The notes beneath the pieces are model-generated. The model was not told the origin of the DNA. It did no database searches and worked only from the letters and a program-made list of their open reading frames with translations. Below are positions 25,387 through 34,611 of a stretch of DNA of 36,174 bases, piece by piece. This DNA is from Chloroflexota bacterium. GTDB taxonomy: Bacteria > Chloroflexota > Limnocylindria > Limnocylindrales > CSP1-4. The position numbers and the translations under genes were made by a program. Positions within the stretch are counted from its first letter, which is position 1. Every line of letters begins with the position of its first letter. The stretch lies in NCBI GenBank assembly GCA_016875645.1, contig VGPE01000001.1, positions 1 through 36,174 of the forward strand, given 5' to 3'.

Positions 25387-26811
25387 GTGATCGCCCTGGA
25401 CCGCGAACTCGAGGAGCACCTCGAGCTGACCCGCGACGCCCGACTCGGCCGCTATCTCGACTTCCTGCGCATCCCGTCGATCTCCACGCTGCCCGAGCAC
25501 GCCGGCGATTGCCGCGCCGCCGCGGAGTGGCTCGCGGCCCGGCTGACCGAGGCCGGGGTGGAGCACGTGGCGGTCGAGGAGACGGGCGGCCATCCGATCG
25601 TCACCGGCGACTGGCTCCACGCGGAGGGTGCGCCGACCGCGATCGTCTACGGCCACTACGACGTCCAGCCCGTCGATCCACTCGATCTGTGGGAGTCACC
25701 GCCATTCGAGCCGATCGTCAAGGGTGACCGCGTCCAGGCTCGCGGAGCGGCCGACGACAAGGGCCAGGTCATGATCCACGTGCCCGCGGTCGGGGCGCTG
25801 ATTGCGACGCGCGGCAGCCTGCCCGTCAACCTCAGGTTCGTCTTCGAGGGCGAGGAAGAGAGCAGCAGCGCGCATCTCGACGCGTGGCTCGAGGCGAACC
25901 GCGAGCGGCTCCGCGCCGACGTCGCAATCATCAGCGACACTAGCTTCTTCGACGGCAACCGGCCGGCGATCACGATCGGCCTGCGCGGAATCATGGCGGC
26001 CCAGGTCGACGTGGCCGGCCCGGCCGTGGACCTGCACTCGGGCACCTATGGCGGCACCGTCGAAAACCCGGTCTTTGCGCTGGCCACAATCCTCGCTGCC
26101 CTGAAAGGCCCCGATGGCCGGATCCGCGTGCCCGGCTTCTACAACGAGGTGCGCGCACTGACGGAACTCGACCGCGAGTCGATGCGGAAGCTGCCGTTCG
26201 ATGAGGCGGCCTACCTCGAGCTGACGGGCTCGCCTGCGCTCGTGGGAGAAGCCGGCTTTTCGACGCTGGAGCGGCGCGGCGCCCGCCCGACCCTGGAGAT
26301 CAACGGCATCTGGGGCGGATTCCAGGGCGACGGGACCAAGACGATCATCCCGGCCCATGCTCATGCCAAGATCACCTGCCGGCTGGTCGCCGACCAGAAC
26401 CCCGAGACGATCTTCGAGCGACTGCGTCTCTACGTGGAAGACATCGCGCCGCCCAGTGTGCTCGTGGACGTGAAGTTCCTGGGCGGCGGCCTGCCCAGCC
26501 TCACCCCCATCGATCATCCGGCCACTCGCGCCGCGGCGCGAGCGCTGACCGAGACCTTCGGCCAGGAGCCGCTCTACATCCGTGAGGGCGGAACCATCCC
26601 CGTGGCCGCCAGCTTCGAGCAGATCCTGGGCTTGCCGGTCGTTCTGCTGGGCTTCACGCCGCCCGACGACCATGCGCATGCCCCCAACGAGTACATGAAC
26701 CTGCGCAACTACGAGACTGCGATCCGGACCATCGTGCGTTTCTGGGATGAGCTGGCGGTGGCGGGCGACATCGGAAGCGACGACGAGGCAGGCGGACCCC
26801 GCTACCCCTGA
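25387..26811 (+). CDS. M20-family dipeptidase / metallopeptidase
   Basis: GTG at 25387 (VIALDRELEEHL...). Motifs 'GHYDVQP', 'RGAADDKG' and 'FEGEEE', plus a dimerisation domain and a C-terminal 'HAPNE'. The upstream part of the 645-aa track ORF is read-through of the ftsH 3' region and is not used. Confidence 0.88.
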   Translation: MIALDRELEEHLELTRDARLGRYLDFLRIPSISTLPEHAGDCRAAAEWLAARLTEAGVEHVAVEETGGHPIVTGDWLHAEGAPTAIVYGHYDVQPVDPLDLWESPPFEPIVKGDRVQARGAADDKGQVMIHVPAVGALIATRGSLPVNLRFVFEGEEESSSAHLDAWLEANRERLRADVAIISDTSFFDGNRPAITIGLRGIMAAQVDVAGPAVDLHSGTYGGTVENPVFALATILAALKGPDGRIRVPGFYNEVRALTELDRESMRKLPFDEAAYLELTGSPALVGEAGFSTLERRGARPTLEINGIWGGFQGDGTKTIIPAHAHAKITCRLVADQNPETIFERLRLYVEDIAPPSVLVDVKFLGGGLPSLTPIDHPATRAAARALTETFGQEPLYIREGGTIPVAASFEQILGLPVVLLGFTPPDDHAHAPNEYMNLRNYETAIRTIVRFWDELAVAGDIGSDDEAGGPRYP

Positions 26812-27002
26812 TGGGCGGATGAGCGACATCAGGGCCCGAAATCGCTGCCTCCGCGGACAGGCCGGCCGGCGCGCCAATTCGGCCAGCCGTCCGAAAGTAC
26901 CGGTCCAAATCAGCCCGCCCTAGGCGGATCGGATGGGTTCGGTGTGGGACACTCGCCATCTAGGATCGACAGCGTTGATCCCTTGCCTCAGGTGACCTTC
27001 GC

Positions 27003-28088
27003 GTGACCTCTGAAGCCCCCGAGATGCTCGGCACCCACGCCGCCCGCGGCGCATGGGGTCTCGAGACCGACAACGGCAGCATGATCCCGCGTTCGGCGCT
27101 GGACGTCCTGGTCGACCTGAGCGACCGCGTTGCGGCGTGCAAGGTGTCCGAATACCAGCCGCTTGCGCTGGGATTCACGCCGCTCGACAAGACCATCGGC
27201 TCGGGCATCCGGCCGGGCGAGCTCATGCTGGTCGGCGGCGCCCAGGGTACCGGCAAGACCACCATGGCGCTTCAGATGGCGCGCAACGTGGCCTCGGGCG
27301 GGCAGGCGAATGTGCTGTACCTGTGCTTCGAGCACGACGAGCCGTACCTGCTCAACCGCATGATCGCGATGGAATCAGCCCTGGTCCACCTGCCGCACAA
27401 GACCGGCGCGATCAAGATCCAGGATGTCCGTCGCGAGATTCTCGGGTCCTATGGCGACGACGGCGCGATGGGGTCGCAGCTCGCGAGCAACCCGCGCCTG
27501 CGGCCCAGTCTTGACCGGATCGCCCGCTACGGCCAGAGCCTGTTCCTCCTGCGAGGTTCCCAGACCGCGAGCGCCGTCGACAACATCCGGCAGCTCGTCC
27601 GCCAGCATCGGGCGCTGTCAGGGGACCGCCGCCTGTTCGTCGTCGTCGACTACCTCCAGAAGGTGCCGATGGTCAGCGAGCCCAACACCGAGGCCGAAAA
27701 GGTCACGTACATCGTGAACGGCCTCAAGGACATCGCCCTCTCGGAAGAGGTGCCGATGCTCGCGATCGTGGCGGCTGACAAGGAGGGCCTCAAGGCGTCG
27801 CGCCTGCGCAACCACCACCTGCGCGGCAGCTCGGCGATCAACTACGAGGCCGACATCATCCTGATCCTCAACGAGAAGTACAACATCGTCGCCAAGGTCA
27901 ACATCGAGTTCAACCCGTACCAGGCACAGCGGTTCCGCGACTGGGTCGTGGTTTCGGTGGAGAAGAACCGCGGCGGCCTCGACAACGTCGACCTCGAGTT
28001 CGAGAAGCACTTCGAGTTCTCCTGTTTCGACCCCAACGGTCGAACGGTCCAGGAGAAGCTGATCGAGGAGCGCCTGTACAACGATTGA
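27003..28088 (+). CDS. DnaB-helicase C-terminal-domain (RecA-fold) ATPase lacking the DnaB N-terminal domain
   Basis: 'GFTPLDKTIGSGIRPGELMLVGGAQGTGKTTMALQMA' (Walker A), 'LFVVVDYLQKV' (Walker B / DnaB H2-like) and 'LRGSSAINYEADIILIL' (DnaB H4-like). Only about 55 aa precede the ATPase domain. Start is GTG 27003 or ATG 27081. Confidence 0.8.
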   Translation: MTSEAPEMLGTHAARGAWGLETDNGSMIPRSALDVLVDLSDRVAACKVSEYQPLALGFTPLDKTIGSGIRPGELMLVGGAQGTGKTTMALQMARNVASGGQANVLYLCFEHDEPYLLNRMIAMESALVHLPHKTGAIKIQDVRREILGSYGDDGAMGSQLASNPRLRPSLDRIARYGQSLFLLRGSQTASAVDNIRQLVRQHRALSGDRRLFVVVDYLQKVPMVSEPNTEAEKVTYIVNGLKDIALSEEVPMLAIVAADKEGLKASRLRNHHLRGSSAINYEADIILILNEKYNIVAKVNIEFNPYQAQRFRDWVVVSVEKNRGGLDNVDLEFEKHFEFSCFDPNGRTVQEKLIEERLYND

Positions 28089-28146
28089 GCCGCGCGTCGT
28101 GCCCGCCGGCGCGATGGAGCGCTTCAGTTGTAATGCGGAAGCACTC

Positions 28147-28175
28147 TTGACGGCTTCCTGTGGTGCCATTGCAAT
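28147..28175 (+). promoter_or_regulatory. Sigma70-like promoter TTGACG-N17-TGCAAT with an overlapping 14-bp perfect palindrome
   Basis: TTGACG at 28147-28152, a 17-nt spacer and TGCAAT at 28170-28175. The palindrome GCCATTGCAATGGC (28165-28178) covers the -10 element. It lies upstream of the sensor kinase. Confidence 0.45.
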
Positions 28176-28248
28176 GGCGCAGTGGAACAATCCTTGAGGG
28201 GTCCACGTCGGTTCGGCGCGGCCCTGGCATGTCCGGTCGTGGAAGCCG

Positions 28249-29223
28249 GTGTTCGGGAAGGCGCCTGAGGCGGAGCCCGCCCCCGGTCGGACGGCTCATT
28301 CCGCCGGGCCCGGAATCCTCGATCCCGAAGCCCCGATGACCGATTCACCGGCTGCGACCTCCGGCGCGGACGGGTCCGAGACCGATGGCACGCCGCCATC
28401 AGTCCGCCTGTTGGACCGCGGTGCCGGCCTCGGCGTGGAATCGGCGGCCGGTCGGATCGGCGCAGGGGTCGCGATCTTGGTCGTGGCGGTCCTCGCAAGG
28501 GTCGCGCTGTCTCCGGTCCTCGGCGATACCGTGCCCTTTCTGCTCTATTTCCCCGCGATCGTCGTGGCCGCGTCGCTCGGAGGGCATCTCACCGGCCTGC
28601 TGACGGTGCTGCTCTGCGCGCTGGCCCAGACCCTGCTCTTCGATGCTTCGACCGGCGCCCGGTTCCTCTCCGATCCCGTCGACGCGCTGCGCCTCGGACT
28701 GTTCGTCCTCAATGGCGGAATCATCAGCGCGATTTCGGGGGCGACGTTCAGCGCCCTGCGTGCCGAACACCGCTCGCGCCGTGTCGCGGAGCGGCTGTAC
28801 CAGACTGAGGCCGCTGCCCGGCGAGGCGTGGAGACCGCGGAGCGGCGTGCGCGCATCCTGTATGAGACGGCCGCGGCCCTCTCGGACGCGGTCACGCCCG
28901 AGGACGTGGCCGATGTGATCATCCGCCACGGAGTCCTGGGCCTGGGTGCGAAGGCCGGAGCGGTCATCGTCGTCAGCGAGGACCGTGCGCATCTGCGCGT
29001 CCTGCGCGCACATGGCTTCCCGGACGAGTCCGGGCTCGCGGGTGACACCGCCCTGATGAGCGCCGACGTGCCGGCCACGACGGCGATCCGGACGGGTCGG
29101 CCGGTCTTCCTCGAAGGCCTGGTCGAGATCGGGGATCGGTTTCCCGGTGTCCTCCGGCACATGATGAACGGCGGCACCGAGGCCCTGGCGGTCGTCCCCC
29201 TCGGTCCCGAGTCAGCAATCTAA
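28249..29223 (+). CDS. Sensor kinase N-terminal fragment: DUF4118-type membrane domain plus most of a GAF domain, ending at in-frame TAA
   Basis: TM-rich 'GAGVAILVVAVLARVALSPVLGDTVPFLLYFPAIVVAASLGG...' is followed by a GAF-like 'ILYETAAALSDAVTPEDV...EALAVVPLG'. The likely true start is the ATG at 28336. It is in the same reading frame as ORF 29443-31359. Confidence 0.6.
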   Translation: MFGKAPEAEPAPGRTAHSAGPGILDPEAPMTDSPAATSGADGSETDGTPPSVRLLDRGAGLGVESAAGRIGAGVAILVVAVLARVALSPVLGDTVPFLLYFPAIVVAASLGGHLTGLLTVLLCALAQTLLFDASTGARFLSDPVDALRLGLFVLNGGIISAISGATFSALRAEHRSRRVAERLYQTEAAARRGVETAERRARILYETAAALSDAVTPEDVADVIIRHGVLGLGAKAGAVIVVSEDRAHLRVLRAHGFPDESGLAGDTALMSADVPATTAIRTGRPVFLEGLVEIGDRFPGVLRHMMNGGTEALAVVPLGPESAI

Positions 29224-29442
29224 GGCGCCCTTCTCCTCGGCTTCCCGGGCCGGCTCGAGTTCCCCGCCGCCGACCGGGCGTTCATCCTCGCCCTCGGGCA
29301 TGAATGCGCCCAGGCGCTCGACCGGGCGCGGCTCTTCCGGGCGGAGCAGGATGCACGGCGTCGCGTGACCCTGCTGGCCGATGTGAGCGCGGCCCTTTCA
29401 TCGTCGCTCGATTACGAGACGACGCTGTAGGCGGTCGCGGAC

Positions 29443-31359
29443 ATGGTCGTGCCCCGTATGGGTGACTGGGTCGCGGTCGACCTCGTCCAGCCGAACGGGT
29501 CCGTCCGCGCGATCGCCCTCGCGCACGCCGATCCTGATCGACTCCCGATCCTGCGCGACTACCGCGAACGCTTCCCGCCGGATCTGCACCGTGCCGGCTC
29601 CATCGAGTCGATCCGAACTGGCCGGACCGTACTCATCCCCGAGGTTTCGGCAACCGACGCGGACGTCCCGCCGGATCCGGCGGTGGCAGACGAGCTGCGG
29701 CGGCTCCAGGTCCATTCGTACGTGTCCGTGCCGTTGCTGGGCACCGGCCGGGTGCTCGGCGCGCTCGCCTTCTCGTCGTCGACGCCCGGGCACTACGGTC
29801 CCGCCGACGTCGCGGTGGCGGAAAACATTGCCCGGCGCGCCGCCTCGACGATCGAGCACTCGAACCTGTGCCGCGAGGCGCGCCAATTCATCGCGACCGC
29901 CGACGCGACGCTCGACGCTGTGTTCATGTTCGAGCCGACGACGCTGCGCTTCACCTACGTGAACCAGGGCGCGATCGCCCAGGTCGGCTACGAACGGCGC
30001 GACCTTCTCTCGATGCGCGCAATCGACATCAAGCCGGACTTCGATGAGGCCCGCTACCGCCAGTTGCTGGCGCCACTCGTCGATGGCTCGCGGGACCACA
30101 TCACGTTCTCCACCGTGCACCGTCACCGCGAGGGCTTCGACGTCCCGGTCGAGGTATTCCTCCAGCATGTCCGGCTGCCCGGCGGCGAGGCGCGGATGAT
30201 CATCATGTCGCGGGACATCCGGGCGCAGATCGACGTCCAGGCGAGCCTTCACCGTCTCGCGCGCTCCGAGCGCGCCCGCGCAGCCGAGTTGAGTGCCGTC
30301 ATCCAGGGCATGTCGGACGGCGTGCTGGTCTGCGATGTCGACGGACGAGTGGTGCTGGCCAATCAGGCCGCGACGCTCATTCTGGGCGAACCGGTGGATG
30401 GGTACGAGGAGCTGCGTTCACGAGTGGAGCCCGGTGGGCCGGAACTGCCCGCGCTGCGGACCACCACCGCTCCAGTCGAGGTCCGTCTGCGCGGGCAGGA
30501 TCGCTGGATCGGAATCGGCACGGCGCAGGTAGCCTCCGACCTGACCGATCCCGTCGCCACTGCGAGTTCCACGATCCTCGTCCTGCGCGACGTCACCGCG
30601 GCTCGCCAAGTGCAGGCGGCGCGCGAAGCATTCATCGGGGTTCTTTCGCACGAGTTGCGCACGCCCATCACGACGATCTACGGCAACACCAAGCTCATGC
30701 GACGCGTCTCGGACGAAACGTTCCGGGACGCGATGCTCGGCGACGTCGAGGCCGAGGCGGACCGGCTCTACCGGCTCGTTGAGGACCTCCTGATCCTGAG
30801 CCGCGCAGAGACGGGCCTGATGCTGGAGGGCGAGCCGGTCCTGCTCCAGCACGTGATCCCGGCCGTCGTGGCGGCGGAGCGGTCGCACTGGCCCACGCAT
30901 CGCTTCGTCGACCGCGTCGAGCCTGGGATGCCGCCGGCCTCGGCGGACCGGACCTATCTCGAGCAGGTCATCCGCAACCTGTTGACCAACGCTGCCAAGT
31001 ACGGCCCGGAGAACGGGCTCGTCGAGGTCCGAGCCGAGCTGGCGGGAGGCGAGGTGCTGGTTCGGGTGCTTGACGAGGGCGACGGCGTGCCCTCCGGCGA
31101 AGAAGAACGGGTCTTCAACCTCTTCTATCGTTCAGCCACTGCGGCGAGGCGGGCCGGCGGTGCCGGAATCGGGCTCTACGTCTGCCGGGTGCTCGTCGAG
31201 GGAATGGGCGGCAGGACCTGGACTCGCCGTCGGCCGGAGGGCGGGGGTGAGTTCGGCTTCACGGTCCCGCTCTTCGCACCCGATCTTGAAACGATCCCTG
31301 AGGAGGCGACGCCGCCGGCCACCCGCGCTGGCGAGGTTGCGACGCGCCCGCTAGAGTGA
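29443..31359 (+). CDS. Sensor kinase C-terminal fragment: GAF (N-terminally truncated), PAS, HisKA and HATPase_c
   Basis: 'GDWVAVDLV...VPLLGTGRVLGALAFSS' (GAF), a PAS-like segment 'DAVFMFEPTTLRFTYVNQGA', H-box 'SHELRTPIT', N-box 'NLLTNAAKYG' and G-box 'GAGIGLYV'. Confidence 0.7.
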   Translation: MVVPRMGDWVAVDLVQPNGSVRAIALAHADPDRLPILRDYRERFPPDLHRAGSIESIRTGRTVLIPEVSATDADVPPDPAVADELRRLQVHSYVSVPLLGTGRVLGALAFSSSTPGHYGPADVAVAENIARRAASTIEHSNLCREARQFIATADATLDAVFMFEPTTLRFTYVNQGAIAQVGYERRDLLSMRAIDIKPDFDEARYRQLLAPLVDGSRDHITFSTVHRHREGFDVPVEVFLQHVRLPGGEARMIIMSRDIRAQIDVQASLHRLARSERARAAELSAVIQGMSDGVLVCDVDGRVVLANQAATLILGEPVDGYEELRSRVEPGGPELPALRTTTAPVEVRLRGQDRWIGIGTAQVASDLTDPVATASSTILVLRDVTAARQVQAAREAFIGVLSHELRTPITTIYGNTKLMRRVSDETFRDAMLGDVEAEADRLYRLVEDLLILSRAETGLMLEGEPVLLQHVIPAVVAAERSHWPTHRFVDRVEPGMPPASADRTYLEQVIRNLLTNAAKYGPENGLVEVRAELAGGEVLVRVLDEGDGVPSGEEERVFNLFYRSATAARRAGGAGIGLYVCRVLVEGMGGRTWTRRRPEGGGEFGFTVPLFAPDLETIPEEATPPATRAGEVATRPLE

Positions 31360-31402
31360 TCGCGCCCCGGGTCTCAGCCGTCACCCCAGGAGATCCGCCT
31401 CC

Positions 31403-32344
31403 GTGCGCGTCGCCCCTCGCGAGCTTCGCGGTGTCAGCCGCGATGGCGTGCTCGTCCGCTTTGCCGTTCTCGGCCCGGTCGCGTACGTGGAGGTCGATAT
31501 TCCCCGAGCCGGCAGCGCCGGGACGGGCTTTGAAACGCCCTCCCAGAACCCCGGCTGGGGGTTCGTTCTGCGCGGACACGTGACGCTCCATGGGCAGGTC
31601 ACGCGCGAGTTCACGGCCGGGACCGCCTTCTACATCCCACCTGGAGCGCCCGATCATCACCTCACCGCGGCGGGTGGCACGATCGTGGCGGGGTTTGTGC
31701 CGGTGGCCCCGGATCTCGACACCTCGGACCGGGCACTCCGCCGACAGGGCTTCCGCCTGGCGTCGACACACTCGGCGCCCACGCCCCTGTTGCAGACCAT
31801 CCGCTCGCTCGAGCCGAGCCGCGTGCTCCGGAAGGCCGGCACCATCGATGTTGAGAGCGCGCCCATGGGCGAGTGGCTGTTCATGCGGACGACGTACGGC
31901 CCAATGAGCGGCTATACCGGCGGCTGGTGCGACCTGCCTCACTGGGGCCTGGTGCTCCGAGGCGACCTCACGCTCACCTCCGAATCAGACGTGGAGCTCC
32001 TCAGCAGCGGCGACGTCTACTACTGTCCAGCTGGCCCGCCGGGCCACGCCTTCCAGGTGCCCGATTCAGCAACGTCGATCGACTACACCCCGGTCGTCGA
32101 GTTCGGCCGGACCGAGCGACAGGCCGAACGGCGCAACGCGGCATGGCGGCAGGCGCTGCGGTCTGGCCTGATCGCTCCTGACCCCCAGGACAAGGCGCTC
32201 CGGATTGCCGATGCAAAGGCCGCGGCCGGCACCGTCCGAGGCACGGCGCATGGCGGGCCCTGGCGTGGCCGTCAGCAGGGTGCGCTCGGCGGCTGGTTCC
32301 GGGGCCCGGGCTGGGCATCGCCTGCCGGTCGATCGACACGGTGA
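31403..32344 (+). CDS. Hypothetical protein with two cupin-like beta-barrel halves
   Basis: GTG start. Two similar segments: 'GWGFVLRGHVTLHG...GTAFYIPPGAPDHH' and 'HWGLVLRGDLTLTSE...GDVYYCPAGPPGHAF'. The C-terminal roughly 60 aa are low-complexity. Function unknown. Confidence 0.55.
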   Translation: MRVAPRELRGVSRDGVLVRFAVLGPVAYVEVDIPRAGSAGTGFETPSQNPGWGFVLRGHVTLHGQVTREFTAGTAFYIPPGAPDHHLTAAGGTIVAGFVPVAPDLDTSDRALRRQGFRLASTHSAPTPLLQTIRSLEPSRVLRKAGTIDVESAPMGEWLFMRTTYGPMSGYTGGWCDLPHWGLVLRGDLTLTSESDVELLSSGDVYYCPAGPPGHAFQVPDSATSIDYTPVVEFGRTERQAERRNAAWRQALRSGLIAPDPQDKALRIADAKAAAGTVRGTAHGGPWRGRQQGALGGWFRGPGWASPAGRSTR

Positions 32345-32503
32345 CGTGAAGGGCTGGCACGCGCCCGGATCGGCGCCTTCCGACAGCCCGGTGGAGGACG
32401 ACCTCCTGCCGACCGTCGACGTCGTGCGTTTCGAGGCCGAAGGCTGAACCGCCGCCACGGCCCGCCCGTCGATCGCGCCAATGGCCGCGCCGTCTTCATC
32501 GCG

Positions 32504-33112
32504 GTGCCACTGTCCCAGCCGGCCAGGGATGCCGTGGCGGCGCTGGTGGAGCGCGTCCGGGCGCAGGCGCCTGGGACGCGCGAGGGCGCTCCACCCGGGG
32601 AACGTGCCGTTCGCTGGGTGCGTATGGACGGGCTGCACCTGACGCTGCGGTTCATCGGTCCCACCGAGGAGAACCGGCTTGACGCGCTGCGCGAGGCGAC
32701 ACGACGGTCGGCGACGGCCACGGCACCGTTCGCGGTCCGGCTCACCGAGGCCGGCACGTTCCCGAACCGGCATCGGCCGCGCACCCTCTGGCTCGGCGCG
32801 ACGGAGGGGGTGGCCGATCTCCTCGCGCTCAACGAACGCGTGGACCGCGAGGTGGAACAAGCCGGCTGGGCGCGTGACCCTCGTCCGTTCAAGCCGCACC
32901 TGACGCTTGCCCGATCCGATGGCATCGCCGGCGCCGCGGAAACCGGGCGGCTCCTGGCCGCGGAGGCGCGCGCGCTGAACGTGCGCTGGCTCGTGAATCG
33001 GCTCGTCCTCTTCGAAAGCATCACGGGCGGCGGCCCGGCGCGGTACGAGCCGCTGCTGGAGGTGCCGCTGGAGGTGCCGCTGGACGTGCCGCTGGAGTCC
33101 CGCGAGGGGTAG
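32504..33112 (+). CDS. thpR: RNA 2',3'-cyclic phosphodiesterase (2H phosphoesterase, ThpR/LigT family)
   Basis: Two HxT motifs, 'HLTLRF' and 'HLTLAR', at the expected spacing. The first canonical start (GTG 32504) removes the conserved first strand 'RAVFIAV', which is encoded in frame just upstream (see findings). Confidence 0.8.
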   Translation: MPLSQPARDAVAALVERVRAQAPGTREGAPPGERAVRWVRMDGLHLTLRFIGPTEENRLDALREATRRSATATAPFAVRLTEAGTFPNRHRPRTLWLGATEGVADLLALNERVDREVEQAGWARDPRPFKPHLTLARSDGIAGAAETGRLLAAEARALNVRWLVNRLVLFESITGGGPARYEPLLEVPLEVPLDVPLESREG

Positions 33113-33144
33113 GCTTGGTCCCGGCGTCAAGAGGAGGGACACAC

Positions 33145-34500
33145 GTGGCTCGAACCCGGTTCATGCTCGACGAGGACCAGATCCCGCGCGACTGGTACAA
33201 CATCGCCGCCGACCTGCCGGTCGCCCCGCCGCCGGTCCTGCACCCGGGCACCGGCCAGCCGATCGGGCCCGGTGATCTGGCGCCGCTGTTCCCGATGGAG
33301 CTGATCAAGCAGGTCGTCAGCCAGGATCGCGAGATCGAGATCCCGGAGCCCGTGCGGGACGCGTACCGACTCTACCGGCCGAGCCCGCTGTACCGGGCCC
33401 GACGGCTGGAGCAGGCCCTCGATACGCCCGCCCACATCTACTACAAGTACGAAGGCAACAGCCCCTCGGGCAGCCACAAGCCCAACACGGCGCTCGCGCA
33501 GGCCTACTACATGAAGGCCGAGGGCGTGACCCGGATGGCGACCGAGACCGGCGCCGGCCAGTGGGGGAGCGCGCTCGCCTTCGCCGGGGCGATGTTCGGC
33601 CTCGACGTGCAGGTCTACATGGTCCGCGCCTCGTACGACCAGAAGCCGTACCGCCGGATCCTGATGGAGACGTACGGGGCGCAGGTCGTGCCGAGCCCGA
33701 GCACGGACACCGAGGTGGGGCGGCGGACGCTCGCGGAGGCGCCGGGTCACACGGGCTCGCTCGGGCTCGCGATCAGCGAGGCGATCGAGGACACGGTCAC
33801 CCATCCCGGCACGAAGTACTCGCTGGGTTCGGTGTTCGATTTCGTGCTGCTCCATCAGACGGTCATCGGCCAGGAGTCGATCGTCCAGATGGAGATGGCC
33901 GGCGAGGAGCCCGACGTCATCATCGGCTGCGCCGGCGGCGGGTCCAACTTCGCCGGTCTCACGTTCCCGTGGCTGGGCCGGACGTTCCGCGGCGGGCGGA
34001 AGTACCGCGTGATCGCGGCCGAGCCCGAGGCGGCGCCGTCACTGACGCGGGGCGTCTACACCTACGACTTCGGCGACACGGCGATGATGACGCCGCTGAT
34101 CAAGATGCACACCCTGGGCCACGGCTTCATCCCCGAGCCGATCCACGCCGGCGGGCTGCGCTATCACGGCATGTCGCCACTGGTGTCACTGCTCAAGGAG
34201 AACGGCGACATCGAGGCGCAGGCGATCCACCAGCGGTCGTCGTTCGCGGCTGGCGTGCAGTTCGCCCGGGCCGAGGGGATCCTCCCGGCGCCCGAGCCCA
34301 CCCATGCCATCCGGGTTGCCGTGGACGAGGCCCTCGCCGCGAAGGCCGCCGGCGAACCGCGTGTGATCCTGTTCAACCTGTGCGGCCACGGCAACTTCGA
34401 CCTGGCCGCCTACGAGAAGTACCTCGACGGCTCGCTCGAGGACTACGAGTACCCGGCCGAGGCGGTCAAGGAGGCCCTGGCGGGGCTGCCCGCGAGGTAG
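33145..34500 (+). CDS. TrpB-like PLP-dependent enzyme (tryptophan synthase beta chain, TrpB2 type)
   Basis: 'IPRDWYNIAADLP', the PLP-lysine motif 'SGSHKPN', 'GCAGGGSNFAG', and TrpB2-type N-terminal extension and length. The GTG at 33145 is preceded by GAGGAGG (33131-33137). Confidence 0.9.
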   Translation: MARTRFMLDEDQIPRDWYNIAADLPVAPPPVLHPGTGQPIGPGDLAPLFPMELIKQVVSQDREIEIPEPVRDAYRLYRPSPLYRARRLEQALDTPAHIYYKYEGNSPSGSHKPNTALAQAYYMKAEGVTRMATETGAGQWGSALAFAGAMFGLDVQVYMVRASYDQKPYRRILMETYGAQVVPSPSTDTEVGRRTLAEAPGHTGSLGLAISEAIEDTVTHPGTKYSLGSVFDFVLLHQTVIGQESIVQMEMAGEEPDVIIGCAGGGSNFAGLTFPWLGRTFRGGRKYRVIAAEPEAAPSLTRGVYTYDFGDTAMMTPLIKMHTLGHGFIPEPIHAGGLRYHGMSPLVSLLKENGDIEAQAIHQRSSFAAGVQFARAEGILPAPEPTHAIRVAVDEALAAKAAGEPRVILFNLCGHGNFDLAAYEKYLDGSLEDYEYPAEAVKEALAGLPAR

Positions 34501-34558
34501 GGAGGGCTGGGCGTCCCGGCCCGATCGACACGGTTGGGGCGGGGGCCCACGCTCATAA

Positions 34559-34599
34559 GCGGATCGTGCCGTTCCCCCACGGCACGATCCGCCCCTTTT
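34559..34599 (+). terminator. Rho-independent terminator downstream of trpB2
   Basis: Perfect 13-bp stem GCGGATCGTGCCG / CGGCACGATCCGC with an 8-nt loop, followed by CCCTTTTC. Confidence 0.75.
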
Positions 34600-34611
34600 C
34601 GCTGGCGCCGG

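Noticed and set aside
32345-32503. Read-through fusion of the bicupin ORF and thpR (same frame, separated by TGA 32342-32344)
   Set aside because: The 53 codons between the stop and the ThpR core translate to an Arg/Gly/Pro-rich non-protein-like string. The shared frame appears coincidental.
34540-34600. tRNA-like element (a second 'CTCATAA' loop-like string at ~34550 next to a long hairpin)
   Set aside because: No acceptor or D-arm can be folded. The hairpin has a 13-bp stem followed by a T-tract, which fits an intrinsic terminator for trpB2.
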